This document shows, piece after piece, positions 30,880-40,388 of a DNA stretch of 64,000 nt. The DNA comes from an uncultured bacterium (lineage in GTDB: Bacteria > Babelota > Babeliae > Babelales > Vermiphilaceae), in contig OY968764.1 of the NCBI GenBank assembly GCA_963695335.1, forward strand, positions 800,001-864,000, in the 5' to 3' direction. Each line of letters starts with the position of its first letter. Position 1 is the stretch's first letter. The translations under genes and the position numbers were made by a program. The notes beneath the pieces were generated by a model. That model did not search any database. It saw only the letters and a list, made by a program, of their open reading frames with translations, and was not told the origin of the DNA.

Positions 30880-31308
30880 ATGAAAAGAATAGGTTTTTTG
30901 ACGAGTTTTGTAATGCTTTTTTGCGTAACATCGGTAAAAACCTATCAGGTTAATCTTTCTTTTGACTCTCTTTTTCCTAAAACATGGTATCAAAAGGGGT
31001 TAGAAGCATCGATGCATGTGTGGCAATCGTTGGCTACTGTGTTTGAAAAGCAGAGCGACGGGGCAATGCTATCGTTGGATTTATTGTTAGGACGTTTGGC
31101 TTTTGCACAATTTTGCATTAATCGTATGCATAAAGAGGGTGCGCAGCAATTGGCAGATGATACTGCTTATTTTTCTGCTGTTTTAGATAGAGTTAAGCGG
31201 TTACTTGCATTAGTGAATCTTACTCCCAAAACATATGATTTTGTTCTGTGTGCTGAAGATATGATTGAAGAGATGGAGAGACAGTTGGGTTCTACATACT
31301 TAAACTAA
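30880..31308 (+). CDS. Hypothetical secreted protein
   Basis: AAGGA RBS, signal peptide, 142 aa. Confidence 0.6.
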   Translation: MKRIGFLTSFVMLFCVTSVKTYQVNLSFDSLFPKTWYQKGLEASMHVWQSLATVFEKQSDGAMLSLDLLLGRLAFAQFCINRMHKEGAQQLADDTAYFSAVLDRVKRLLALVNLTPKTYDFVLCAEDMIEEMERQLGSTYLN

Positions 31309-32590
31309 TATCAAGCCCGTACATTCCGCCCGCAATATTTGTGTTAAATGTTCTTTTACCCGCTATTTCGAGATTATAAAATACGCCAATTCGGTTGCCA
31401 ACCTTGTTTCCTTCACGTGCAAAATCATATTCAAGAATAAAGTTAAATGTATGCATATTCCATCCAGCAAGCGTTGGATCGCTGTTGATGATAGCACAAT
31501 TAAATTGTGTTGAGTCGCATAGCCTGCCCGTCGAAGCCTTGGCGAAGTCGGGGGTTAAGTTGGATTTTTGTTGGGAAGCAAAAGAATATGCTGAAGTAAA
31601 TGAAAATCCATGACCAAAGTGATCTGCTTTAAGATAAAGTCCAGTGTGAACCAATGGTCCCCTGTGGACTGAAACATTGCCAGATGCAAGTTTGATGATA
31701 CCGCTCTGGTCTGCATCTGTTTTCAGGCGCATTGTTTTGTCTTTGTTGAGGAAAAACAGTGAGTTTACATATCCACCAAACGTAATCCATTCATAGTGTC
31801 CTATAGAGAGCATAGCGCAGAGGGGGAATGCCCAGTGCCCATTATAGCCTGTTGGCAATGAAAATGGGTTGAGTTCGTTTTTTTGTTTGCCGGTAGGGCT
31901 GAGCAAGCCTGCCATCAAGGTAACATCAACAAAATCGATTGTGGTTGTTTCTTGGTAGTTATGTGTCCAGCCCAGGTAAGAAGAAAAGTCCCCAACACCA
32001 ATTTCTGTTGTGCCGGATGTGCGGATGCCATAATTGTTGAGCAATGGATTAAAGTTTTGTAACACCGCCTGCCATTCAGGTGTATTTTTATTGGGGAATA
32101 TATCATCATTTGGTGAAAGATCGGTAAATGTTATGTTGTTGATTTTTAATTTTCTGACGGGCAAATAGAAGAAAAGCAGCAACCCGTGAGAAAGATTTTG
32201 AGTAAATGAAAGGTTTGATTCGATGATATGGAATTTTCCATCGATTGAAACTGTTGCAAAATCAGTTCTTTTAGGCAATGCTGCAAGATTGTTTAAAAGT
32301 GCGTTATATTGATTGTCTGGGTTAGTGAATATAGTATTAACGTTAAGTTCTTGGATATTCTGTAAGCCATAAATATCGAGTAAAGGAACAATACTGTTGT
32401 TGGCGGAGCGGCCTTGGCTGGTTGAACCTCCCTCTACGTTTGCTTCAAATGTTGAGAGGTAATCATGTTCTAGGCGTGGCTCTGGGAACATGTTGGTTGC
32501 ACGATAAAAATGAGGATTGTCGATAGCGCTCAGATAAACTGAGCTCATGCCTGCAAGGCAGGCAATAAGTAGATAGTTTTTATATTTCAT
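31292..32590 (-). CDS. Putative outer-membrane beta-barrel protein
   Basis: Signal peptide, alternating beta-strand pattern, G.GD..SYLGW and PTG...P.G..GHW motifs shared with the 60479 gene. Confidence 0.5.
   Translation of the reverse strand: MKYKNYLLIACLAGMSSVYLSAIDNPHFYRATNMFPEPRLEHDYLSTFEANVEGGSTSQGRSANNSIVPLLDIYGLQNIQELNVNTIFTNPDNQYNALLNNLAALPKRTDFATVSIDGKFHIIESNLSFTQNLSHGLLLFFYLPVRKLKINNITFTDLSPNDDIFPNKNTPEWQAVLQNFNPLLNNYGIRTSGTTEIGVGDFSSYLGWTHNYQETTTIDFVDVTLMAGLLSPTGKQKNELNPFSLPTGYNGHWAFPLCAMLSIGHYEWITFGGYVNSLFFLNKDKTMRLKTDADQSGIIKLASGNVSVHRGPLVHTGLYLKADHFGHGFSFTSAYSFASQQKSNLTPDFAKASTGRLCDSTQFNCAIINSDPTLAGWNMHTFNFILEYDFAREGNKVGNRIGVFYNLEIAGKRTFNTNIAGGMYGLDISLSM
31527..31552. repeat. 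Family B element in frame in the putative beta-barrel gene
   Basis: CCCGTCGAAGCCTTGGCGAAGTCGGG, translated PDFAKASTG. Confidence 0.85.
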
Positions 32591-32708
32591 AATTGGTCCC
32601 GCGTTTGTCCGGTATTTTTTTTCAGTATAAGGAATTTATCAAAAAAAGGAAAAAGTGATATACTAAAACAGTGTATTACAGTAAAGAATATTGATATAAG
32701 GGGGAATT

Positions 32709-33266
32709 ATGGCTATAAACGACAACGATAAATTTAAAAAGTTTTTTGGTTTTGGTGGCGGTAACGATTCAGATGCAGCAACAGAAGGTACCAATGAACC
32801 GGTTTTGAGTGAAAAAGAGCAACTGGATAAAGCAAACGCAGCCGTTGCTGAATGGGCTGAAAAATATTTGTCTTTAACGGCAGATTTCCAAAATTATAAA
32901 AAACGTGTGACTCAAGAAAGAACAGATTGGGCGCAAGATTCACAAAAACAGGTTATTTTGGGTCTTCTTGATGTTATTGATAATTTTGAACGTGCACTTG
33001 AACAAGAAAAAAAGCGTGAAGACACTGCGCATGTTGCATGGCTTGCTGGTTTTGAAATGATTTACCAATCTCTTGAAAAACTTTTAGCTAAATTTGGTGT
33101 CCAACCAATCACTGATTTTTCTGTGTTTAATCCAAAATATCATGAAGCTTTGGTACAAGTTGAATCTGGTAAACATAAATCAGGTGAGATTGTACAAGCG
33201 CTACAAAAAGGTTATACAATGCACGACAAAGTAATTCGTCCTGCTATTGTGAGTGTTGCAAAATAA
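32709..33266 (+). CDS. grpE: Nucleotide exchange factor GrpE
   Basis: ADFQNYKKR, LL.VIDNFERAL, FNP..HEA, LQKGY.....VIRPA.V.V. Confidence 0.95.
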   Translation: MAINDNDKFKKFFGFGGGNDSDAATEGTNEPVLSEKEQLDKANAAVAEWAEKYLSLTADFQNYKKRVTQERTDWAQDSQKQVILGLLDVIDNFERALEQEKKREDTAHVAWLAGFEMIYQSLEKLLAKFGVQPITDFSVFNPKYHEALVQVESGKHKSGEIVQALQKGYTMHDKVIRPAIVSVAK

Positions 33267-33290
33267 ATAAATCTCAATAAAATTGAATAA

Positions 33291-33319
33291 AAAAAGAACG
33301 GTTTTTAGCCGTTCTTTTT
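33291..33319. terminator. Bidirectional intrinsic terminator
   Basis: AAAAAGAACGG-7nt-CCGTTCTTTTT between convergent genes. Confidence 0.8.
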
Positions 33320-33324
33320 GATTT

Positions 33325-34476
33325 TTACCCCTTCAGGTAACTTAATGCACCAAACATAAGTTCAATAAAAATGAGAATGATGATAAGCACAGAAAGTAAA
33401 TCTTCTCGCGTAGCATCAATCTTTTCTTGAAACACTGTCTGCACATCTTCAACAATGCGTAATTTTCTATCAATTCCATCATGCCAATTTTTTAAATCTA
33501 ACTTTTCAGCCAATAAATTATGAATTTCTGAATAATACGGTTCACCAGCAATTTTAATACTACTTTCTAAACGTTCAGTGATCACAGAGATATCAACTTT
33601 TAATTTACGCAGTTGTCCAACCGGATCGCTAAAGAATGTCCCAAAAAATGGTAAATAAGCGCCCCATGAAAGTTTTGTTTCTTTGCGTTCATAAATCATG
33701 TTGATTTGTTGATCAAGAAGACGGTCAAAAAAGCGTAATTCAAGTTGTTGAATATTGGCAAATTCAAAGAGATCAATAATATCACTATAATCTTCTTCAT
33801 ATACAAATGCCGCATCGATATCAATAACTATCAAACTGCCACGGAAATAACCAATTGCAGAATCAAGCATTTCATTTTTTTGAAATTCAGATAATATTTC
33901 TGTTTCAAAACGGAGTGTGGAGGCAATTGTGCTGCCGTATTCTTTTTGCAGTTGTGTTAAATCGAGCACTGTTGGTTGTGGATCAACCTGCACAATAACG
34001 TAAGAAGCTTTTGTTTGAAAGAATTTTGGTTGCGTAACAAATTGCTCAATTTTTTTATAAACTATTTCAGCGTCGTTAATACTTTGTTGTTGGTATTTGT
34101 CTGCAAGCTGATCACAATTCACTCGTAAATTTTCAAGCGTGTCTGAAAATGGAATTTTATATGTCAGTGAGATTGCGCCAAAATTATGTATTTTGCTGCT
34201 TGTTAAATATGTATCAGAAGGTGCTGGGTGTTCAATGGCAAGAGGAACATTGTATTGCTTGAAATGTTTTGGAAGGTGAAGTGGCACTTTAACAATGTCT
34301 GGTGATTGTTCAATTTTATCAAGATTAATATCTTCACCAATATCATATGCCCATAATATAAGAATATTGCCAGAGAATATAAGATCGCTTTTTGGTTTTT
34401 CAAGGTCTGGAGTGAGAGATGGCATGGTCAGTTCCCTTTGGTTGAATGGGTGGTTGTTGTTACTGAGCATAGCCAA
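33325..34476 (-). CDS. Conserved protein, RMD1/DUF155-like with C-terminal TM
   Basis: YDIG..I.L, FGAIS, EFAN.Q.LELR.FD, W...IDRKL and C-terminal LIIILIFIE; true start may be ATG 34425. Confidence 0.55.
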   Translation of the reverse strand: MAMLSNNNHPFNQRELTMPSLTPDLEKPKSDLIFSGNILILWAYDIGEDINLDKIEQSPDIVKVPLHLPKHFKQYNVPLAIEHPAPSDTYLTSSKIHNFGAISLTYKIPFSDTLENLRVNCDQLADKYQQQSINDAEIVYKKIEQFVTQPKFFQTKASYVIVQVDPQPTVLDLTQLQKEYGSTIASTLRFETEILSEFQKNEMLDSAIGYFRGSLIVIDIDAAFVYEEDYSDIIDLFEFANIQQLELRFFDRLLDQQINMIYERKETKLSWGAYLPFFGTFFSDPVGQLRKLKVDISVITERLESSIKIAGEPYYSEIHNLLAEKLDLKNWHDGIDRKLRIVEDVQTVFQEKIDATREDLLSVLIIILIFIELMFGALSYLKG

Positions 34477-34493
34477 GCTTGTAAAAAAAATAA

Positions 34494-34517
34494 AGGCGCA
34501 CCATTGAAGGTGCGCCT
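34494..34517 (-). terminator. Intrinsic terminator after the Gly-rich gene
   Basis: AGGCGCACC-6nt-GGTGCGCCT with an adjacent A tract on the + strand. Confidence 0.7.
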
Positions 34518-34541
34518 CTTTTATAAGCTTAACGTTAGTGG

Positions 34542-35210
34542 TTATCCTCGAGCAGCAGCTCCTGCAGCGTAACCAGCTGAATAGTCAGCGCTTTGCGCTG
34601 AACCTTCAGCTCTATCAGCCGCATCCATAGCATCTTGCGCTGCTTGCGCCGCTCTATCTGCTTCTTCTTGAGATGCATAGTAGTAACCATCATAACCAGA
34701 TTGGTACGGATATGCAGTACTCCATGCAAGTGCATATGTAAGACCAAGGGTACCTAAGAACAATCCATAGCCACCCCAAGCTCCCCATCCACCCCAGTCG
34801 CCGCCATGACCATAATAATTGTTAACGGTCGTGTTACGGTTACCTCTGTTACCACGATTACCTTGGCCGCGATTTCCTCTGTTGCCTTGACCTCTACCAG
34901 CACCAGTACCTCTACCACCTCTATGTGCAACGTTTGCGCCGCCTCTACCTGCAGTACCTCTACCTCTGTTTGCTACGCCTGCACCACCTCTACCACGAGC
35001 ACCGCCCATACGGCCGCCACCCATGCTTCTACCACCGCCACCACCAAATCCTCTACCTCCACCACCCATACTTCTACCACCGCCACCACGTCCTCCACCA
35101 CCGCCGCCTCTACCGCCGCCACCTCCGCCACCGCGTGGGAATGCATTTTGTGTAACTAATAGTATGCTAGCAAGTATGCATACCATATTCATTAATTTTT
35201 TTCTGTTCAT
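34542..35210 (-). CDS. Secreted Gly/Arg-rich low-complexity protein
   Basis: Signal peptide, RGG repeats, NR repeats, Gly/Trp/Tyr segment, Ala-rich tail. Confidence 0.7.
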   Translation of the reverse strand: MNRKKLMNMVCILASILLVTQNAFPRGGGGGGGRGGGGGGRGGGGRSMGGGGRGFGGGGGRSMGGGRMGGARGRGGAGVANRGRGTAGRGGANVAHRGGRGTGAGRGQGNRGNRGQGNRGNRGNRNTTVNNYYGHGGDWGGWGAWGGYGLFLGTLGLTYALAWSTAYPYQSGYDGYYYASQEEADRAAQAAQDAMDAADRAEGSAQSADYSAGYAAGAAARG

Positions 35211-35252
35211 GAAATCTTCCTTTTTTAATTGTATGTATAGAATGAACTTTTT

Positions 35253-35594
35253 TTATTCATTAATAATTGCTTCTTCTGTAGCAAGTATCGGTAATATTGC
35301 ATATTCACCATCATCATAATCATCATAGTAGCCATCTCCATAATATCCGCCATCATATCCATGACCATGTTCATGACCATATCTACTTCTATGCTCATGA
35401 CCTCTGCTCACATGACCTCTATTACCAGCGTGGCTTGTTCCACTTACATGGCTTTCACCACCTCTGCTACCGTGTGCACTGCCAGTGCTATGTCCGCCAC
35501 TGTTTCCACCGCCTCGAGTTAATGTATCTTGTGCTAGAAAGAGCATACTCATAAATATGCTCATTATTCCTAGCCTTTTAATGTTTTTATTCAT
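35253..35594 (-). CDS. Secreted Gly/His/Tyr-rich protein
   Basis: Signal peptide followed by RGGG, as in the neighbouring gene; AAGGA RBS. Confidence 0.65.
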   Translation of the reverse strand: MNKNIKRLGIMSIFMSMLFLAQDTLTRGGGNSGGHSTGSAHGSRGGESHVSGTSHAGNRGHVSRGHEHRSRYGHEHGHGYDGGYYGDGYYDDYDDGEYAILPILATEEAIINE

Positions 35595-35631
35595 AATAAT
35601 TCCTTTTTAAGCTATGTTTACTTGTGGTTTT

Positions 35632-35847
35632 TTAGTCGCAACAATGCCCTTTAGGCATTGCATTACAATTACAGCTGTTACAGCCGCATCCACATGTTTT
35701 TTTTCCATCGCAATCATTGCAACGGCATTTACATTTATCTTTGCAAGAAGTAGAGCTACACGCTGATTTGCCATAGTTTCCGAAGTATTTGCTTTTTTCG
35801 CCTGGATTAGAACTATTGCCATTGTCGGCCTTGATATGCTTTTTCAT
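35632..35847 (-). CDS. Small Cys-rich, metallothionein-like protein
   Basis: AGGAG RBS before ATG 35847; 13 Cys in CxC/CxxC/CC pattern. Confidence 0.6.
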   Translation of the reverse strand: MKKHIKADNGNSSNPGEKSKYFGNYGKSACSSTSCKDKCKCRCNDCDGKKTCGCGCNSCNCNAMPKGHCCD

Positions 35848-35982
35848 AAAAAGCACTCCTTTTTTGGGGTTATAGATTAAAAATATATCCTTCACCTCTA
35901 ACCATAATCAAAAAAGTGGTCATAACTCAATAATTTGTTTAACTTTTAGGGTAGAAATGCGTGTGGATGAGGTTAAAAAATA

Positions 35983-36008
35983 ACCCCCGGAGTAAATCCA
36001 GGGGGGGT
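35983..36008 (-). terminator. Intrinsic terminator after lepA
   Basis: CCCCCGGA-GTAAA-TCCAGGGGG stem with an A tract on the + strand. Confidence 0.65.
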
Positions 36009-36009
36009 G

Positions 36010-37830
36010 TTATTTCTTGAGGAGGGATAAGAACGCCTCTTGGGGAACTTCAACAGAGCCGACCTGTTTCATCTTCTTTTTACCCTCTTTTTGTTTTTCA
36101 AGAAGTTTACGTTTACGGCTAATATCGCCACCATAACATTTTGCAGTTACATCTTTACGCAATGGAGCAACGCGTTCTTTGGCGATAATTTTTGAGCCAA
36201 TGGCTGCTTGAATAACAACTTCAAACAGTTGGCGATGAATAACCTTTTGTAAGCGTTGCGTGAGGTCTCTGCCGATATAAAACGCTCTATCACGGTGAAT
36301 AATAATAGAAAGCGCGTCCACAGCCTTGCCATTCAGGAGGATATCCATTTTAACAAGATCTGCTGGTTCATACCCAGCAACCTCATAATCAAAGCTTGCG
36401 TACCCAGAGCTGAGGCCTTTGAGCTCTCCATAGAATTCCATGGCAACTTCATTGAGTGGTAAACGGTATTTAAGAATAACGCGTGTATCATCAAGATAAG
36501 TAAGGTTTTCTTGTCTGCCCCGTTTTTCTTCACAGAGCTTAATAACATTGCCAAGATATTGTTGTGGAACAATAATCGTTGCATTAATCATTGGTTCAAG
36601 AATTTCATCAATATAGTTGCGTTCAGGGAAATCTGACGGATTTTCGATAGTGATCATCTTGCCCGTTCCAGCCATTTTTATTTGATACAACACGCTCGGA
36701 GCTGTTGCAATAACGGTGAGATTATATTCTTGTTCAAGACGTTGTTTGAACACTTCCATATGGAGCATACCCAAAAATCCGCATCTGAAGCCAATTCCAA
36801 GCGCTGCAGATGTCTTTTTTTCAACTGATATACTTGCATCATTAAGGGTAAGTTTTTCAATTGCTTCTTCCAGTAGGCCAATCTCTTCACTATCCACAGG
36901 GAATATTCCCGCAAAAACCATCTGTTTTGCAGGTTTAAAACCAGGGAACAGCTCAACCGGTTTTTTGTTGTGATAAATAGTATCACCAATTTGTGCTTCT
37001 TTGATGGTTTTCATACCAGTGATTAAATACCCAACTTGCCCCGCATAGAGCACATTGGTTGGGGTTGGTTCTGGGTACATTAAGCCCACTTCCAGTACTT
37101 CATAATTTGAGCTTGCTTGCGCGAGGCTTATGATATCACCTTTTTTGATAATTCCATCATGTAATGCAATCAAGCAAATAACACCACGGTAATCATCAAA
37201 CCATGAATCAAAAAGCAGTGCACGCAGAGGTTTATCAGACGATACATGTAAACTTGGAATGCGTTCAATAACCGCCTCAAAAATATCAGTAACACCAATA
37301 TTTGCCTTTGCAGAAGCTTTGATCACTTCATCTGCTTTAAAATCAAATAAGTTAACAAATTGATTGGTTACTTTTTCTGGATCAGCATTGGGAAGATCAA
37401 TTTTGTTAATGACAGGGATAATTTTTAAATCTTGATCAAATGCAAGATAGAAGTTTGCCATAGTTTGCGCTTGCACACCTTGTGCAGCATCAATGAGGAG
37501 CAATGCGCCTTGGCAGGCATATAATGAACGAGAAACTTCATACGTAAAATCAACGTGCCCCGGGGTATCAATAAGATTAAGCAGATATTTTACCCCTTTG
37601 TATTCATAGAACATAGAAGCAGTTTGTGCTTTAACGGTAATGCCACGCTCACGTTCCACTTGGAGTTTGTCGAGAAATTGCTCTTTTTTTTGCCGCTCAG
37701 TGATAGTGCCTGATATTTCTAATAATCTATCAGATAATGTTGATTTACCATGATCGATATGGGCAATAATGGAAAAATTTCTGATTCTATCTGGGGTAAA
37801 TTCTTGTAAATTAGGAATGCGTTGACTCAT
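36010..37830 (-). CDS. lepA: Elongation factor 4 (LepA)
   Basis: IRNFSIIAHIDHGKSTL, DTPGHVDF, KCYGGDISRKRKLLEKQKEGKK. Confidence 0.98.
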   Translation of the reverse strand: MSQRIPNLQEFTPDRIRNFSIIAHIDHGKSTLSDRLLEISGTITERQKKEQFLDKLQVERERGITVKAQTASMFYEYKGVKYLLNLIDTPGHVDFTYEVSRSLYACQGALLLIDAAQGVQAQTMANFYLAFDQDLKIIPVINKIDLPNADPEKVTNQFVNLFDFKADEVIKASAKANIGVTDIFEAVIERIPSLHVSSDKPLRALLFDSWFDDYRGVICLIALHDGIIKKGDIISLAQASSNYEVLEVGLMYPEPTPTNVLYAGQVGYLITGMKTIKEAQIGDTIYHNKKPVELFPGFKPAKQMVFAGIFPVDSEEIGLLEEAIEKLTLNDASISVEKKTSAALGIGFRCGFLGMLHMEVFKQRLEQEYNLTVIATAPSVLYQIKMAGTGKMITIENPSDFPERNYIDEILEPMINATIIVPQQYLGNVIKLCEEKRGRQENLTYLDDTRVILKYRLPLNEVAMEFYGELKGLSSGYASFDYEVAGYEPADLVKMDILLNGKAVDALSIIIHRDRAFYIGRDLTQRLQKVIHRQLFEVVIQAAIGSKIIAKERVAPLRKDVTAKCYGGDISRKRKLLEKQKEGKKKMKQVGSVEVPQEAFLSLLKK

Positions 37831-37938
37831 GCGTTTCTCATTCTATGGTTTTAAGGGTGTTTTTAAAGGAAAAACCTTAAGGATAAGTATAAAGGATGCT
37901 AGTTTTTTGTAAAATGCAGGCCAATTTGAATCAATTAT

Positions 37939-38043
37939 CGCTAAAATAGACCCCTTTTGCGGCATTTGCTGGTTTTATGGTAGTCTTAAAATATAGGGAT
38001 ATTTTGTTATAAACGGGGGTTTTTTATGAAAAAGTTATTATTG
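37939..38043 (+). repeat. Duplicated upstream/promoter + start region (second copy 39838-39941)
   Basis: CGCTAAA..AG.CCCTTTTGCGG..TTT..GG.TTTATGGTA.TCTTAAAATATAG.GAT...GGGGGTTTTTATGAAAAAGTTATTA in both copies. Confidence 0.8.
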
Positions 38044-38697
38044 TTTAATGTATTATTGTTGGTTGCTTCGCTGAGTTATTCAATGGAAGAAAATAAAGAG
38101 ATAGACCCAAGCAAACCTTTATTAGAACAGCTAGAGGGTTTAGGGGGTACTGACAGAAAAGATTGTATAGCATTCTGGTGCGATGCGTTTAAAGGAAAAT
38201 TGAGCAAAATTGAAAAAGAATCGTGTAATATTCGTAATGGTTTTGAATGGATTACGATAGAATATTATGAACTGTTATATGCAAAAAAGATGAAGGCCCA
38301 TAGTCATGAGTTAAATGATACAGATAATAAGGAATATATTGATACTCTTTTGATGCTAGAAGCAACTAAAAACTTTATGAAGCGTGATTTGAATAATGTT
38401 TCTTGGTTCCAGAGGTTGTGGAATTATGGAGTATACCAAAATTATCAAAAATCAACTCAAACATTAGATGAAGAAATTGCTTTGTTTAAAGATCAAGACA
38501 AAGTTGTGTCTCCAGAAAAAACTGTGAATACTTCAAGTTCTACAGAAACAATTGTGAACGAGTTAACAGGGCAAATAAAAATAGATGCTCAAATAACAGG
38601 TTCATATTTAAAACCACAATTAACGCGTCGTGATGTTTTCACAAGATCAAGGATGCCGCGCAGCAGGTTTGAGCAAGTAAAAACAGCTCGCGAGTAA
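38026..38697 (+). CDS. Hypothetical secreted protein (cassette 1)
   Basis: MKKLLL...ASLSYS-MEE; ends ARE. Confidence 0.7.
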   Translation: MKKLLLFNVLLLVASLSYSMEENKEIDPSKPLLEQLEGLGGTDRKDCIAFWCDAFKGKLSKIEKESCNIRNGFEWITIEYYELLYAKKMKAHSHELNDTDNKEYIDTLLMLEATKNFMKRDLNNVSWFQRLWNYGVYQNYQKSTQTLDEEIALFKDQDKVVSPEKTVNTSSSTETIVNELTGQIKIDAQITGSYLKPQLTRRDVFTRSRMPRSRFEQVKTARE

Positions 38698-38779
38698 TTG
38701 TTTGAGATAGCTTATTAAAAATATAAAAATGGAACATTGGGTTAATCAGAAATGGTTAATGAGGTTCCATTTTTTGTTG
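38687..38779 (+). repeat. Duplicated gene end + terminator (second copy 39706-39801; diverged copy about 40260-40347)
   Basis: CTCGCGAGTAATTGTTT.AGATAGCTTATTAAAA.ATAAAAATGGAACATTGGG...GTTCC.TTTTTTGTT. Confidence 0.8.
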
Positions 38780-38906
38780 TTTGAGAAAAGGCTGGATGTA
38801 AGTTATACAAAAGAAAGTTTTAAAAACATCTGTTTTGACTTAATTCATCTGCAATGTTATGGTTAAATTATAAAGTTATTGTTTATATACATAGAGGTTA
38901 ATTTTT

Positions 38907-39716
38907 ATGAAGAAGTTATTATTGCTGAGTTCCTTATTATCGATCGCTTCATTGAGTTATTCAATGGATAATGAGCGTGCAAAAAAAATTGCAGAGCAAA
39001 ACCAAGAGATGGATAGAATGCTCGATGAAGCTAAGGCAATGAAGGCTGGCATGGAAGATATGTCACGTAAACTTGGTGTGCCTGTGGATCAAGATAAACA
39101 AGAAAAAAAGACAGGTGGTAAGTTAGCACAGCTGAATGCTAGTGCACAAAGTTTTGCGGATAGAGTAAGAAATTTAAATAATCCCAATCGAAAAGTACAA
39201 AAAGAAGAAGAGAAAAGAGAAGTGTTAAAAACGCTTGATGAGTTAAAAATAAAGAGAGATTATTCTTTATTTGTAGCATCATTAGATAAAATAAGACAGG
39301 AAAGAAAAAGTAAAAAAGGTTCGAACGAAGAATTTGTAGAATTGGAACAACAGATTAAGCCAACAGGAATATATTATTGTTTCAGGGATATGAAAGCAAT
39401 TGAAATGATATTTGGTGCGCGTTCAGAAAAGAAGGAAGCGCAGGCAAAATTGTATGCTATGTTTAGCGATCATTTAGGAAATCGTTTCAGTCATCAGTTG
39501 AATGAATTACAAGAATCTTCCAGAAATGTTAGACGAAGTTTACAAAAAGATCCTAAGAATGAAACGCTTATTAAACAAAAAGAACTGATTAAAAATGAAA
39601 TTAAGTCATTTTCTGATTTAAGAAATTATGATAGTTTTTATCGATCATCTATCAAAGGAACTAAATTTGATCTTTTTAAACAGAGTGAAGCCGCTACAAG
39701 AGCATCTCGCGAGTAA
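38907..39716 (+). CDS. Hypothetical secreted coiled-coil protein (cassette 2)
   Basis: MKKLLL...ASLSYS-MDN; ends SRE. Confidence 0.7.
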   Translation: MKKLLLLSSLLSIASLSYSMDNERAKKIAEQNQEMDRMLDEAKAMKAGMEDMSRKLGVPVDQDKQEKKTGGKLAQLNASAQSFADRVRNLNNPNRKVQKEEEKREVLKTLDELKIKRDYSLFVASLDKIRQERKSKKGSNEEFVELEQQIKPTGIYYCFRDMKAIEMIFGARSEKKEAQAKLYAMFSDHLGNRFSHQLNELQESSRNVRRSLQKDPKNETLIKQKELIKNEIKSFSDLRNYDSFYRSSIKGTKFDLFKQSEAATRASRE

Positions 39717-39923
39717 TTGTTTAAGATAGCTTATTAAAATATAAAAAATGGAACATTGGGGTTAATTAGCAATGGTTACGCAACGTTCCCTTTTTTTGTT
39801 GGTTTTTGGCAAAAACAGCTAAAAATGCTCAAAAAGCCGCTAAATATAGGCCCTTTTGCGGTGTTTATGGGTTTATGGTAATCTTAAAATATAGAGATTA
39901 TTTGTATATATATGGGGGTTTTT

Positions 39924-40268
39924 ATGAAAAAGTTATTATTAGTTTCTATGGTTGCGGTTGGCTTTGCGCAGCAGGTAAATGCAGAGGCATTGTCTTCTAA
40001 GCTTGAGCCATATCTTTTTAGGTATCCAACTTCGTATATGTGTAAAGCGATGTATGATTTGTGTGTAATGCATGAAACGGTAGAACAAATGCGTAAAGAA
40101 GCGCAGCAGCAAGAAGAAGCGCAAGAGCAACAAAGAATTAAAAAAATAAGATTTATATCAAATTTTTTTAGTAAAGCACGTTCACGTGATGAACGAATTA
40201 TTTTCATTGAAAAGAAAGAGGGTATGTTGGCTCGTACGTTTAATGTACACGATAAGAATAGAGAATAG
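39924..40268 (+). CDS. Hypothetical secreted protein (cassette 3)
   Basis: MKKLLL signal peptide; ends NRE. Confidence 0.6.
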   Translation: MKKLLLVSMVAVGFAQQVNAEALSSKLEPYLFRYPTSYMCKAMYDLCVMHETVEQMRKEAQQQEEAQEQQRIKKIRFISNFFSKARSRDERIIFIEKKEGMLARTFNVHDKNRE

Positions 40269-40388
40269 TCATTTGAGCTATTCTTAGTTTTTAAAAAATT
40301 ATAAAAATGGATTGTGGTAATAATTGATTACTGCAGCCCATTTTTTTATAGTAATAAACCATAATTATGTAAAGTGAAAGGTTGTTGT

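Noticed and set aside
35023..35319. Poly-proline ORF on the + strand (also the Thr-rich ORF 34806-35159)
   Set aside because: Antisense shadows of the Gly-rich gene, which has the RBS and signal peptide.
37939..40347. Integron-like cassette array
   Set aside because: No attC-type RYYYAAC/GTTRRRY boxes were recognised, and the only tyrosine recombinase is a distant Xer-like gene in a housekeeping context.
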